This document shows, one piece after another, positions 49,820 to 64,000 of a DNA stretch of 64,000 nucleotides; the stretch's first letter is position 1; every line of letters starts with the position of its first letter. The DNA comes from Malacoraja senta (lineage: Eukaryota), in assembly GCA_038087875.1 (NCBI GenBank), contig CM075989.1, positions 62,001-126,000 of the forward strand. Reading direction: 5' to 3'. The notes beneath the pieces were generated by a model that worked only from the letters and a program-made list of their open reading frames with translations, was not told the origin of the DNA and did not search any database. The position numbers and the translations under genes were made by a program.

Positions 49820-52800
49820 GGGAAGGGGGTGGAGGTGGAGACGAGAAGTCAGTCAAGGTGTTGCTGTTCCGTCAGGTTGTGGTTGCGTGCCGTCTCCCAT
49901 AGGGTGTCACCCTCCCCTCCGGGTTTGTGGGGGCTGGCGTACCCTGGTGTGGAAGACTGGAGGGGGCAAGGGGCAGTGGCATCTTTCCAATTGAGAGAAT
50001 GTAAGTTCTCAACAGCCACTGGACAAGGCGAGAGGTCACCGGCCCGCCGGGAATGCCCCCCCTCCCCCCCCCCACCGGGAGCCGGAGCAGAGCCAGCGCC
50101 TCCGCCCCGCGCCGACTGCAAGTAGTATTGCGTAGGCTAATGGGACTGAAGGATGATAAATCGCCTGGGCCTGATGGTCTGCATCCCAGGGTCCTCGTGG
50201 AGGTGGCTCTAGAAATACAGGACGCATTGGTGATCATTTTCCAATGTTCACTTGATTCAGGATCAGTTCCTGTGGATTGGAGGATAGCTAATGTTATCCC
50301 ATTTTTCAAGAAAGGATCGAGTAAGAAAACGGGGAATTACAGACCAGTTAGCCTGACTTCGGTGGTGGGAAAGATGCTGGAGTCAATTATTAAAGAGCTA
50401 ATAATGGGGCATTTGGATAGCAGTAAAAGGATTAATCCAATTCAGCATGGATTTATGAAAGAGAAATCATGCTTGACTAATCGTCTGGAATTTTTTGAGG
50501 ATGTGACAAGTAAAACGGATGAAGGGTATATAGTGTATCTAGACTTTCAGAAAGCCTCTGATAAGGTCCCGCACGGGAGACTGGTGACTAAAATTAGAGC
50601 ACATGGTATTGGGGGTAGGGTGTTTGGGGCCGCAACTGTTTACCATATATATTAATGATTTGGAAGAGGGAATTAGGAGCAACACTGGCAAGTTTGCGGA
50701 TGACACAAAGCTGGGTGGCAGTGTGAAATGTGAAGAGGATATTAGGAGGTTGCAGGGTGACCTGGACAGGTTGAGTGAGTGGGCAGATGCGTGGCAGATG
50801 CAGTATAATATAGATAAATGTGAGGTTATCCACTTTGGCGGCAAAAACAAGGGGGCAGATTATTATCTCAATGGGGTTAGGTTAGGTAAGGGGAAGGAAC
50901 AGCGAGACCAGGGTGTACAGTGAAGAAAGCTAATGGAATGTTGGCCTTCATAACAAGAGGATTTCAGTATAGGAGTAAAGAGGTTCTTCTGCAACTGTAT
51001 AGGGCTCCGGTAAGACCACATCTGGAGTATTGTGTACAGTTTTGGTCTCCTAATTTGAGGAAGAACATCCTTGTGATTAAATGGCCTGTCCCACGGGTAG
51101 GCGACTCCATGCGGCAAGCGCAACCTAACCGGAAGCGGGGGCCGCGCGGAGGCCGAGTGATCACCGTACGGCCTGTCCCACGGGCATGCGATTCCATGCG
51201 GCGAGCGCAACCTTACCGGATGCGGGGGCTGCGCGGACGTCCAGTTCGAGCGAAGTCCGTTGGAAGCTCGAGCGGTTTTTATGTAGGTGAACACGGGTAG
51301 GTGATGTTTAGGTTTTTATGTAGGTGAACACGGGTAGGTGATGTTTCGGGTCGAGACCCTTCCTCAGACCATAGAAGACTGCAGAAGACTTCAGTCCGAA
51401 GAAGGTGTCTCGACCCAAAACACCACCTGTCCACAGAAGCTGCCTGATCTACTGAGTTACTCCAGCATGTTTGGTGTGTCCATCATCGGTGTAAATGGGC
51501 ATCTGCAGTTCCTTCCATCACAACAATTCCAGAGTTGACGGAGACGGTGCACGCAGCCTCGATGCGGCAGGCCGTTGCCGCGCGGAATTTTTGAGCAGTG
51601 TCGGTTTTTCGGAGCCCCGCGCGGTGTCGAGACCAACTCCATACGGCTCCGGCGATCTACGTGGGACCAGCCCCGCGACCTCCGCGCGGCCCCCGCACGG
51701 CCCCCGCTTCCGGTTAGGTCGCGCTTGCCGCATGGAGGGCCTGCCCTTGGGACAGGCCCTTAAGGCAGTGCAGCGTAGGTTCACGAGATTGAGCCCCGGG
51801 ATGGCGGGACTGTCATATGAGAAAAGATTGAAAAGACTAGGCTTGTATTCACTGGAGTTTAGTAGGATGAGGGGGGATATTATAGAAACATAAAATTATA
51901 AAAGGACTGGACAAGCTAGATGCAGGAAAAATGTTCCCAATGTTGGGCGAATACAGAAACAGGGGCCACAGTCTTAGAATAAAGGGGAGGCCATTTAAGA
52001 CTGAGGTGAGAAAAAACTTTTTTACCCAGAGAGTTTTGAATTTGTGGAATTGCCTGCCACAGAGGGCAGTGGAGGCCAAATCATAGGATAGATTTAAGAG
52101 AGAGTTAGATAGAGCTCTAGGGGCTAGTGGAAACAAGGGATATGGGGAGAATATAGTCATAGTCAATGCCTACTATGTTCTGTTGTGCTGAAGCAAAGCA
52201 AGAATTTCATTGTCCTATTAGGGACACATGACAATAAACTCACTTGAACTTGAACTTGAAGGCAGGCACGGGTTATTGATAGGGGCCGATCAGCCATGAT
52301 CACAATGAATGGCGGTTCTGACTCGAAGGGCCGAATGGTCTCCTCCTGCACCTATTTTCTGTGTTTCTATGTTTCTAAACCAGGCGGTAGTGTACATCGA
52401 CCTCAGATGCAGATCACTGTTGCTGATTGTTGTTCTCCCGATCCGTAATCCAGTTCGGGTTTCCACTATACCATCTGGTGGTGTGTGAAAAGCTGTTCTC
52501 ACTTTGATCTAGGACTCAGAGCCTACAGCAGCTTATGTAATGCTGTCTCCATGTGATGTTATTAAAATACTTATTATGAAGTTAAACGACTCAGTGTTAT
52601 CAGTATTTCATACCCCAGACCCACCAAGCCCTGATACACGACTCACGCTTAGACCCACCGCCGACCTCTCCCCCAAAACCTTGTCTCTGTGACCTCCCTA
52701 GTATGAATTGCAGCCTCACAAACATCTGGTACAACAATAGCTTGAGGTGCTAGCTTCGGCCCACTTATCCAGTTGATCAAGGACATGCCTTCCAGTCCTG

Positions 52801-55800
52801 GCCAAATGCAATCTGATTTAATTTCATTCATTTCTGCTGTCAATGTGGAGTTCTGACCCTCGTAATCTCGGCAGGAATGTCATTTTAAAAGAAAGCTATG
52901 AGCCAGAGCTGATCAATAGGAACAGCATAAGGGTTGTTTGCCATTAATTCGATGCGCCGACAAGCTATTTCTGCAGAGCTTGTTGCGATCACGTTTTCTT
53001 TCTGATTTGACTGCAGCTTGACTGCTTTATTCTGGTGTTTTAGAATAGGGCAGTGGAGCCCTGGTCATCCCGGAGCCACGAGAAGTCAGTTCGCACTTCG
53101 TTGTGGTCCATGATGAAGAGTTGGTTTAGATAACTATCCCTCATACATTACAAGAAATCCTCTTCCTCAGCACCCCTGCCAATTTGATTCACCCAATCTT
53201 TATGTAGATTGAAGTCACCCATTATAACTGTTTTGCCTTTGTTGCACGCATTTCTAATTTGCTGTTTGATGCCATCCCCAACTTCACTATTACTGCTAGA
53301 TGGCCTGTACACAACACCCACCAGCGTTTTCTGCCCCTTAGTGTTTCGCAGCTCTACCCATACCGATTCCACATCCTCCAAGCTAATGTCCTTCCTTTCC
53401 ACTGCATTAATCTCCTCTCTAACCAGCAACGCTACCCCACCTCCTTTTCCTTTCTCTCTATCCCTCCTGAATATTGAATATCCCTGGATGTTCAGCTCCC
53501 AGCCTTGGTCACCCTGGAGCCATTTCTCCGTGATCCCAACTATATCATAATCATTAATTGCTATCTGCACGTTCAACTCATCCACCTTATTACGAATGCT
53601 CCTTGCATTGAGACACAAAGCCTTCAGGCTTGTTTTTACAATGCTCTTACCCCTTATACAATTATGTTGAAAAGTGGCTCTTTTTGATTTTTGCCCTGGA
53701 TTTGTCTGCCTGCCACTTTTGCTTTTCACCTTGCTACCTATTGCTTCCGCCCGCATTTTACACCCCTCTGTTTCTCTGCTCACCCATTTAAGAACCCCAC
53801 CACCTCTTATTCTCTGTTTATTATTGTTTTCTTCTTTCCCCCCTACATGTTGGGTCTGAGTGCTTTCCTTCTCTGCCTCCTGCCTCACACACTGTCTAAT
53901 AGCATTCTCTATTTGAGTCCCTGGATGTTCAGGAAGAGGATTTCTTGGAATGTATGAGGGATAGTTATCTAAACCAACATGTAGAGGAACCAACGAGAGA
54001 GCAGGCTATTCTAGACTGGGTATTGAGTAATGAGGAAGGGTTAGTTAGCAGTCTTGTTGTGCGTGCCCCCTTGGGCAAGAGTGACCATAATATGGTTGCG
54101 TTCTTCATTAGGATGGAGAGTGACATTGTTAATTCAGAAACAACGGTTCTGTACTTAAAGAAAGGTAACTTTGAGGGTATGAGACGTGAATTGGCCAAGA
54201 TTGACTGGCAATTAGTTCTCAAAGGGTTGACGGTGGATATGCAATGGAAGGCATTTAAAGACTACATGGATGAACTACAAAAATTGTTCATCCCAATTTG
54301 GCAAAAGAATAAATCAGGGGAGGTAGTGCATCCGTGGATAACAAGGGAAATCAGGGATAGTATCAAAGCAAAAGATGATGCGTACAAATTAGCCAGAAAA
54401 AGCAGCATACCAGAGGACTGGGAGAAATTCAGAGACCAGCAGAGGAGGACAAAGGGCCTAATTAGGAAAGGGAAAATAGTTTATGAAAGGAAACTGGCAG
54501 GGAACATAAAAACTGACTGCAAACGTTTTTATAGATATGTGAAGAGAAAGAGATTAGTTAAAACAAATGTAGGTCTCTTGCAGTCAGAAACAGGTGAATT
54601 GATCATGGGGAACAAGGATATGGCGGACCAATTGAATAACTACTTTGGTTCCGTCTTCACTAAGGAAGACATAAATAATCTGCCGGAAATAGCAGGTGGC
54701 CGCGGGTCAAAGGACGTAGAGGAACTGAGTGAAATCCAGGTTAGTCGGGAAGTGGTGTTGGGTAAATTGAATGGATTAAAGGCTGATAAATCACCAGGGC
54801 CAGATAGGCTGCATCCCAGAGTACTTAAGGAAGTAGCTCCAGAAATAGTGGATGCATTAGTGATAATTTTTCAAAACTCTTTAGATTCTGGAGTAGTTCC
54901 TGAGGATTGGAGGGTAGCAAACATAACCCCACTTTTTAAGAAGGGAGGGAGAGAGAAAACGGGGAATTAGAGACCAGTTAGTCTAACATCGGTAGTGGGG
55001 AAACTGCTAGAGTCCGTTATTAAAGATGGGATAGCAGCACATTTGGAAAGTGGTGAAATCATTGGACAAAGTTAGCATGGATTTACGAAAGGTAAATCGT
55101 GTCTGACGAATCTTATAGAATTTTTCGAGGATGTAACTAGTAGAGTGGATAGGGGAGAACCAGTGGATGTGTTGTATCTGGACTTTCAGAAGGCTTTCGA
55201 CAAGGTACCACATAAGAGATTAGGATACAAACTTAAATCACACGGTATTGGGGGTTCAGTATTGATGTGGATAGAGAACTGGCTGGCAAACAGGAAGCAA
55301 AGAGTAGGAGTAAACGGGTCCTTTTCACAATGGCAGGCAGTCACTAGTGGGGTACCGCAAGGCTCAGTGCTGGGACCCCAGCTATTTACAATTTATATTA
55401 ATGATCTGGACGAGGGAATTGAAAGCAACATCTCCAAGTTTGCGGATGACACTAAGCTGGGGGGCAGTGTTAGCTGTGAGGAGGATGCTAGGAGACTGCA
55501 AGGTGACTTGGATAGGCTGGGTGAGTGGGCAAATGTTTGGCAGATGCAGTATAATGTGGATAAATGTGAGGTTATCCACTTTGGTGGCAAAAACGGGAAG
55601 GCAGACTATTATCTAAATGGTGGCCGATTAGGAAATGGGGAGATGCAGCGAGACCTGGGTGTCATGTGAAGACCAGGCAGTGAAGAAAGCGAATGGTATG
55701 TTGGCCTTCATAGCAAGAGGATTTGAGTATAGGAGCAGGGAGGTTCTACTGCAGTTGTACAGGGTCTTGGTGAGACCACACCTGGAGTATTGCGTACAGT

Positions 55801-58800
55801 TTTGGTCTCCAAATCTGAGGAAGGACATTATAGCCATAGAGGGAGTGCAAAGAAGGTTCACCAGACTGATTCCTGGGATGTCAGGACTTTCATATGAAGA
55901 AAGACTGGATAGACTTGGCTTATACTCGCTAGAATTTAGGAGATTGAGAGGGGATCTTATAGAAACGTACAAAATTCTTATGGGGTTGGACAGGCTAGAT
56001 GCAGGAAGATTATTCCCGATGTTGGGGAAGTCCAGGACAAGGGGTCACAGCTTAAGGATAAGGGGGAAATCCTTTAAGACCGAGATGAGGAAAAACTTTT
56101 TCACACAGAGAGTGGTGAATCTCTGGAACTCTCTGCCACAGAGGGTAATTGAGGCCAGTTCATTGGCTATATTTAAGAGGGAGTTAGATGTGGCCCTTGT
56201 GGCTAAAGGGATCAGGGGGTATGGAGAGAAGGCAGGTACGGGATACTGAGTTGGATGATCAGCCATGATCATATTGAATGGCGGTGCAGGCTCGAAGGGC
56301 CGAATGGCCTACTCCTGCACCTATTTTTATATGTATCTATGTATGATGCACTGCAGACAGCCCACTTTGTCAACAGACTATAACGCAAACATTGTTCTTT
56401 AGCAAAACAGAAACCCAGCGAGTTAGGCACCATCTGGGAAGGGAAAAACAGGCGATATTACGTTTCGGGCCCTTCTCGCTAAAGGGATAAAGCTGGAAAA
56501 GAGAGATGGGGACTAGAGAAAGAGGCAAGTGGGTGGTCGGTGCGTGTGACCGCATGGATTAGCAGATGGACGGAGCAAGTTACAAAGGACACAGAATGTT
56601 GTCAGATAGGAGAGAAGTGGAAAGAAATTTGAAGCCAGAGAGATGGATATATTTGGAGGGGAATAATGTCTCGCGGATTGGAGAAATGGGTAAGCAGGAA
56701 AAGCCGCAGTGGTAGTGGGTGAGGGGGGTAGTGTGAGAAATTGATGTGCAACAGTGTTGCGGAAGAGAGTTTGTTTGGAATCATTGTTGTAAATTGGATT
56801 GTGCAATGTCAATACTGGAAGCTGTCAACAGACCAAGAGAAAGTATTGTTCCTCCTGTTACCTGGCGATCTAATTTGCTTCGCTCCTTTTTGAATAGTTT
56901 ATTCCACCATTCAATCATGGCTGATCTCTGCCTCTTAATCCCATTTTTTTTCATTCTTGACTGCCGTTCTTGTTCACAATTTGTCTTTCTCTGCATTAAA
57001 AATATCCACAGTCTTGGCCCTCACAGGTTTCTGTGGGAATGTGTTCCGCAGATTAAAATTCCCCTTTGAAGAAAGAGTTCCTTCTCACCTCCATTCTAAA
57101 AGAGCGCCCTCTAATTCTGAGGCTATGACCTTTGGTCCTTGACTCTTCAACCAGAGGAAACATCCTTTCCAAATCCACTCTGTCTATGCCTTTCTTTATT
57201 GTATAATTTTCATTGAGGTCCCCCCTCAACCTTCTAAACTCCAGCGAGTAGAGGGCTCAGTGCTGTCAAACTCTCATCACATGCTGACCAACTGATTCCT
57301 GGAACCATTCTTGCAAACTTCCTCTGGACCCTCTCCAGAGCCAGCAAATCCTTCCTCAGATATGGGGCCCAAATTTGCTCAAAGTACACTAAATGCAGCC
57401 TGGCCAGCGCCTTATAGAGGCGCAGCATTACATCTCCGTTTTTTGTATTCCAGTCTCCTTGATAAAAATTGAATTTGCTTTCCTTACTCCAGATTCGATT
57501 TGCAAATTAACTTTTTGGGAGTCCTGCATAAGCACTCCCTGTGTCCCTTTGTGCCACCGATTTCTGGATTCTCCCTCCATTCAGAAAATATTCTACTAAT
57601 TTATTCTTATTACCAAAATATACAATAGACAATAGGTGCGGGTGTATGCCATTCGGCCCTTCGAGCCAGCACCACCATTCAATGTGATCATGGCTGATCA
57701 TCCCCAATCAGTACCCCGTTCCTGCCTTCTCCCCATATCCCCTGATTCCGCTATTTTTAAGGGCGCCATCTAGCTCTCTCTTGAAAGTATCCAAAGAACC
57801 GGCCTCCACGCCCTCTTGAGGCATAAAATTCCACAGACTCGCAAATCTCTGTGTGAAAATGTATTTCCTCGTCTCCGTTCTAAATGGCTTACCGCTTATT
57901 TTTAAACTGTGCATATTCTTACATTCTTAACCTTGTTCTGGACTCCCCACACATCGCGAACATGTTTCCTGCCTCTAGCGTGTCCAAACCCTTAATAATC
58001 TTATATGTTTCAATAAGGTACCCTCTCATCCTTCTAGTCTCCAGTATATACAAACCCAGCCACGCAATATGACAGTCCTGCCATCGCAGGAATTAACCTT
58101 GTAAACCAATGCTGTATTCCCGCAATAGCAAGAATGTCCTTTCTGAAATTATGGGACCAAAACTGCGCACAATACTCCAGGAGTGTTCTCACTAGGGCCC
58201 TATACAACTACAGAATGACCTCATCACTCCTATACACAACTCATCTCATTATGAAGGCCAACATGCCATTCGCTTTTGTCATTGCCTGCTGTACCTCCAT
58301 GCTTATTTTCATTGACTGATGAACAAGGATTCCTAGATCCAGTTGTACTTCCCATTTTCCCAACTTGACACCATTTAGATAATAATCTGCCTTCCTGTTT
58401 CTGCTACGAAAGTTGATAACCACACATTAAACTGCATCTGCCCACTCATCCAGCCTGTCCAAGACAGCATGCATTCTCATAGCATCCTCCTCACAGTTCG
58501 CAGTGCCACCCAGCTTTGTGTCATCTGCAAATCTGCTAATGTTACTTTGAATCCCTTCATCTAGATCATAGATGTTTATTGCAAATAGCTGCGGTCCCAG
58601 CACCGAGCCTTGCGGTACCTCACTCGTCACTAGTTGACTCCATCCTTTCCTAAACTGAATTTCATCTGCTACCTCTCTGCCTACTCTTCTAACCTGCCCA
58701 AGTCCTTCAGCAGAGTCCTTGCCCCTTCACTTTTCATAGCATCATATTCAAACTTGGCCACAAAGCCTTCAATCCCTTTCTCCAAATCATTAATATATAA

Positions 58801-61223
58801 CACGAATAAAACTCCATTACTCACTAGCAGCCAAACTGAAAAAAAACGCCTTTTATTGCAACCATTTGCCATCTACCATCTAGCCAATCCGCTATCCATG
58901 ATAGTGTCTTCTCTTGAATACCATGGGCTTTCATCTTCCATCGCAACCTGACATGCGACACTTTATCGAAGACCTTCTGAAAATCTAGGTAAACAACATC
59001 CCCTCTGCTGGTCCTGCTATTAACTTCCTCAGATCCAGCAGATTCGTCTTCATAAAACCATGCTGAATTTGGCCTGAATGTTATGGTGAAATTCCAAGTA
59101 CTGCGTAACTTACTGCATTATAAATGATTCTAAAGTCCTACAACCACCAAAGTCAGGCTAACCGGCCTGTAGTTTCCACTCTTCTGCTTTGCCCCCTTCT
59201 TGTACAGCGGGATGATATTCGCAATTTTCCAATCTTCAGGATCCACTCCTAACTCTACAGGTTCCCGAAGTATCACAACTAAATCCTCCATAATCTCTGG
59301 GGTGTAGTCCATCCGGTCCAGCTGACGTATCCACGTTCAGTCCCCTCAGTTTATCCAGCACGTTCTCTTTCGTAATCGCCACTCCACTAACTTCCAACCC
59401 CTGACTCTCTAAGTTTGCAGGCACAATACTCGTGTCTTCCACTGTGATAACTAATGCAAAGAAGTTATTAAATTCCTCTGCCATGTCTTGATTTGCCGTT
59501 ATCACATTTCTTGCATCATACTCCAGTGGCCCGACGTACACAAGTGCTTCTATTGTGTCTTTATATATCCGCAGAGACACTTGACTTCCTTTTCAGACAC
59601 TGTCTTATTCTTTCTTTTTTATGTCTTCCACTCTGGGATGAAAAGATGCTGCAACTCTCAAATTACTCACAGACAACGCTGCCATTCCGACTCCACTGTC
59701 ATTCCTTCTTGAGTTTCTTGCAATTGACTTTTGTCATTTCCTCTCTAATGTGTCCCTAGTCAAGAGAATTGTATTGAACTTCTACAGGTGCACAGTAGAG
59801 AGCATACTAACTGGTTGCTTCGTGGGCCGGTTTGGCAACTTGAACGTCCAGGGGCGGAAAAGAATGCAAAAAGCTGAGGACACTGCCTAGTCCATCACCG
59901 GCTCTGACCTCCCCACCATCGAAGGGATCTATCGAAGTCGCTGCCTCAAAAGGACAGCCAACATCATCAAAGACCCACACCTTCCCGGCTGATCTCACCA
60001 TTGCCATCGTGAAGAAGGGACAGGATCCTGAGAAATGTAACGTCCAGGTTCCGGAACAGGTCCTTCCCTAAAGCCATCAGGCTATTAAACACGACAACAA
60101 ATAAACTCTGAACTACAAACGACTATTATTATTATTGCACTAAATGTCTTTATTTATTGGGTCTGTGTGCATGTATATATATACACACTGAACTTTGTTT
60201 CTCCAATTATGTGTAATGTTTACCTATTCTGTTGTGCTGAAGCAAGCAAGAATTTCATTGTCCTGTTGAAAAAGAGTTAAATTTGGTCAAGTTTTGTTCG
60301 TAAATTAAAATAGAGATTTTCTGAAAGAACAGAAAGCAGTCATCTTTCAAGTGGATTTTTTCCCAGCAGTAAAAAGGTATAGAAAAATTTTAGAAGCTCG
60401 GTTTATACTAATCATTGAAACAATGTATTAACAATGTATTAACATAGAGGTGTATTGTCTGGGCACAGCGCCATATTAGATATCTGTCTGAACAACCTGT
60501 CCCAGCTAAGGACAAAGTAGTGGCTTTCATCCAAGTCTTATAAGCTTCTTTTAGTTCACTGACAGATGTCCATTCCGGAAACAAAATGGAAGTCATTTGA
60601 AAACAAAAAGGGAGTTAGTTGTCCTTCCGGGATGGGCAGCTGTACTGAAGCTATGCCAAGATTTGAGAATAAGGCTGATATTGCATATATATGGGTCCAG
60701 CCTCTCCTGTTTTCCTTAGGCTACAGATCTTTCAGTCAGATTTAGAAGGTGTGTTTATTAATAAGGAATGACTATAACTTTACTAACTTTTCTTTGTTCG
60801 GAGAGTGTGCGACAAGAAAGCGAAGGTATATAGCTTCCAGCACACACCCGCTAGTGAATAAAAGGATCTTGCCTTGTTTGACTTGTCTGTGATAATAATC
60901 GAACCTTAACACTATCTGGGACATATGACAATAAAACACTCTTGACTCTTGACTCATGACAACTGTAAATCCAATACATCCAATCTTGCCTTCTGTCTTA
61001 CAAATTGCAGTTTGATATCTATCAAATCCTGATCACTGCCTCCTCGGGATATCTTCACAATCTCCCGAATGAAACCTGGTTCATTGCGCACACTTAAATG
61101 CACATTAACTGTTAACCACTGTGTGCGACAAGCAGCTGCTCAAAGAAGGGATTTCAGCGCCAACCTGGGGTCAAGGAAAGAGTGTACACGTCGCGGCCCT
61201 GTTTTCACGACTCACTGACCCAC

Positions 61224-63627
61224 TGGACAGGTTTCCCCGGTCACACCATCGACCATCGCTCATAACCATTCCATCTCTGGTCCAGCCCGTGGAAGGGAAA
61301 GATGTCAAGAGGTGGAACTTCCGGAAAGCAAACTGGGTGGGCTTCATACAACAAGTGAATAAGGCAGCCGCTGGCCTTCAACACCCACGCCCCACCAACC
61401 TGAACAACGCCTATGACTCATACAGCAAGATGCTGCTGGCCGCCGCCAAGAAGAACATCCCCCGCGGTGTACGTAAAGCCTATGTTCCCTGTTGGGATGA
61501 TGAATGTGAAGACCTACTTCGTGCCCACACAGAATCACAAACCAGCGAAGACAGGGACAAAGCAGCGAATGAACTAATCTGCAGACTAAATGAGAAACGC
61601 AGGCAAAGGTGGACGGAGACATTGGAATCATTGATTTCACACACTCCAGCCGTCAGGCGTGGCAGACCATGAATAAGCTGATGGGCAGGTCGACAACCCC
61701 AGTACAGTGTCCCATCACTGCAAATTCCATCGCGTCGCTACTGCTGAGCAATGGCCGCTTCCCCAACGCAGACAAGGACTTCACCAGAACAACATCGGCG
61801 AGAATCCACGAGCTGCACAGGGCCACGAGCTGCGACTCCAACCTATCCCACGATTTCACAACACAAGAAATCGAGCAGGCCATTCGACGGCTGAAAACCG
61901 GCAAAGCACCAGGCACCGACGGCATCCACCCAGAATACATACAACACCAAGGCAAGAAAGCAAATGACTGGTTGTGCTCCTTCCTCTCCACGTGTTTCCG
62001 CTGCCTGAAGCAGCCAAAGATCTGGCGCCGTGCCAAGGTGATCGCTCTGCCAAAGCCAAACAAGCCTAGCGATGACCCCAAGGGATACAGACCCATCTCA
62101 CTGCTGTGTGTGCCATACAAGCTCCTGGAACGTCTCCTCCACACACGCCTCAAACCTGTGATCGACCCCCAGCTTCCTAAAGAACAGGCTGGCTTCCGAA
62201 GCGGTAGGTCAACGGCGGACCAGGTGACCCTCCTGTGCCAAGACATAGAGGACAGCTTCCAGGCAGGGGAGAAGGCTGGCGCTGTCTTCTTCGACCTCAC
62301 AGCTGCATATGATACCGTCTGGCTGCGTGGACTACACATGAAGCTTCTGGAAACCATCCCAGACAAGCTCATGGTGAGCTTCATCATGGAGATGCTGAGC
62401 AACCGCAGCTTCAGGCTACACACCAGCAACGGGAAATGCAGCAGGATGAGGAAACTTCAGAAGGGCGTCCCACAGGGTTCAGTGCTGGCACCAATGCTGT
62501 TCAATATCTACATCCATGACCTGCCTGCAACCCAGTCAAAGAAGTATGGCTATGCTGGTGACCTGGCCATTCTACTTAGTAAGCCATCCTGGTAAGCAGC
62601 AGAAGATGGCCTCTCTGAAGACATGGACATCCTGTCTTCATACCTGAGGAACTGGCGCCTCAAGCTCAGCATGGGTAAGACAACATCTTCAATGTTCCAC
62701 CTCAACAACAGGGAAACTGAACGTCATGGTGGATAACGCCGGATTACGGTCCCAGCCTGTCCCCATGTACCTCGGTGTGAAGCTCGACAGAACGTTGCCA
62801 TTCAAACAACACCTGGAAGGTGCCAATGCAAAGACAAGTGCCCGTGCCGCACTGATTCACCGCCTAGCCGGCAACACATGGGGAGCCACGACGAAGACAC
62901 TGCGCATGTCCACAGTGGCCCTGGTGTTCTCAGCCGCCGAGTACTGCGCCCCGGTCTGGTGCCGTAGCCCTCACGCCAAGAAGCTGGATGCTGCCCTCAA
63001 CAGCACCCTGCAGACTGTCTCCGGATGCCTACGAGCCACCCCAGTAAACCAACTGCCCGTCCTCGCTGCCATCGCCCCAGCCAACATCAGACGAGAAGCA
63101 GCCACGCTGGCCCTCTCTCGAAAGGCACAGACCAGTGAATCCCACCTCCTCCATCAGATCGTCACAGAGACACCACGACGAGTGCGCCTCAAGTCACGGA
63201 ACCCCTTTGGCACGCAAGCCCAAGAGCTGCTCTGCACAACACCGGCTGATGCTTCTAAGGCTGCCTGGGTCAAGACGAGATGGAGAGACCAGTGGAAGTC
63301 AGCGGAAACATCTAGGCTACACCATTACATCGATGACCCCATGGACGTCCCTGGCCAGGACCTGCCCTGAAAGCAGTGGACAACATTCAACCGCTTGAGG
63401 ACAGGCATCGAACGCTATGGAGTAGCGATGAAGAGGTGGGGCCTCGTGGACAGCGCCTCCTGCGAGTGTGGGGACCCAACACAGACAATGGAGCACATAG
63501 TCACCAGTTTCCCCAAACACCGGCCAACGAATGGTGAACGAGGTCTGATTGACCTGGACGATTACACGTTGGCCTGGCTCGCCTCAACGGAGCTGCAGGT
63601 CTAAAAGACACACGACAGAAGAAGAAG
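61224..63627 (+). mobile_element. 5'-truncated Vingi/Ingi-like (I/Jockey group) LINE; interrupted copy at 30113-31467 plus 35627-35780
   Basis: RT motifs (YRPISLL, DLTAAYD, GVPQGSVLAP, YAGD), LAGNTWGA, C-terminal CECG...H, (GAA)n tail, and 10-bp TSD ACTGACCCAC at 61214-61223 and 63628-63637. Clade assignment tentative. Confidence 0.8.
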
Positions 63628-63935
63628 ACTGACCCACCGGTTCTGGACTCACTATACACTGACTCACGGCTTCTGGACTCACTGACCCACAGCTTCTGGA
63701 CTCACGACTCACTACTCACGACTTCTGGACTCACTACTCACTGGCGCACGTCTTCTGGACTCACTACTCACGGCTTCTGGATTCACTACTCATTTACTCA
63801 CGGCTTCTGGACTCACTACACACTGACTCACGGCTTCGGGACTCACTACACACTGACTCACGGCTTCGGGACTCACTACTCCCTGACTCACGGCTTCTGG
63901 ATCTGCGACTCATTACTCACGGCTTCTGGACTCAC
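63628..63935. repeat. minisatellite of about 30-bp variable units (CACGGCTTCTGGACTCACTAC...)
   Basis: About ten degenerate tandem units are visible. Confidence 0.9.
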
Positions 63936-63937
63936 TT

Positions 63938-64000
63938 GTCAAGGACAAGGACACCGCTGGTGCCTCTGGCTGCTACAAATGTGAGAAGTGCATCCAGTAA
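63938..64000 (+). mobile_element. fragment of CR1 ORF1 N-terminus
   Basis: KDTAGASGCYKCEKCIQ matches the ORF1 at 8756-9682. Confidence 0.7.

Larger units (their letters stand above)
47068..64000. repeat. tandem segmental duplication unit 3 (runs off the window)
   Basis: Starts with the same TTCCCCAACATTGGGAACAT as positions 1 and 15127. Confidence 0.95.

Noticed and set aside
63628..63935. CRISPR-like regular repeats
   Set aside because: No unique spacers and a eukaryotic context; ordinary minisatellite.

Overview
Vertebrate nuclear DNA, inferred from the CR1/V-SINE/Penelope repeat landscape to be from a cartilaginous fish. The window is three diverged, partly deleted copies of one large tandem unit starting at 1, 15127 and 47068. 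Most of it is nested transposable elements: CR1, Penelope-like, Vingi-like, Rex1-like and RTE LINEs, an L1-clade element with intact ORF2, a DIRS tyrosine-recombinase retrotransposon with all its terminal repeats, a hAT remnant, a Harbinger-type MITE and a V-SINE. The main non-TE find is too short for the ORF track: a minus-strand six-cysteine beta-defensin-type exon in two copies (11900-12000, 38538-38638), with a candidate signal-peptide exon in all three units. The unit therefore looks like an amplified beta-defensin locus. Each unit also carries a ZFP36/TIS11-family pseudogene split by a Penelope insertion with a 15-bp TSD. Comparing units gives empty versus filled sites for several insertions. 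All calls are by eye with no database search; boundaries of old TEs are approximate.
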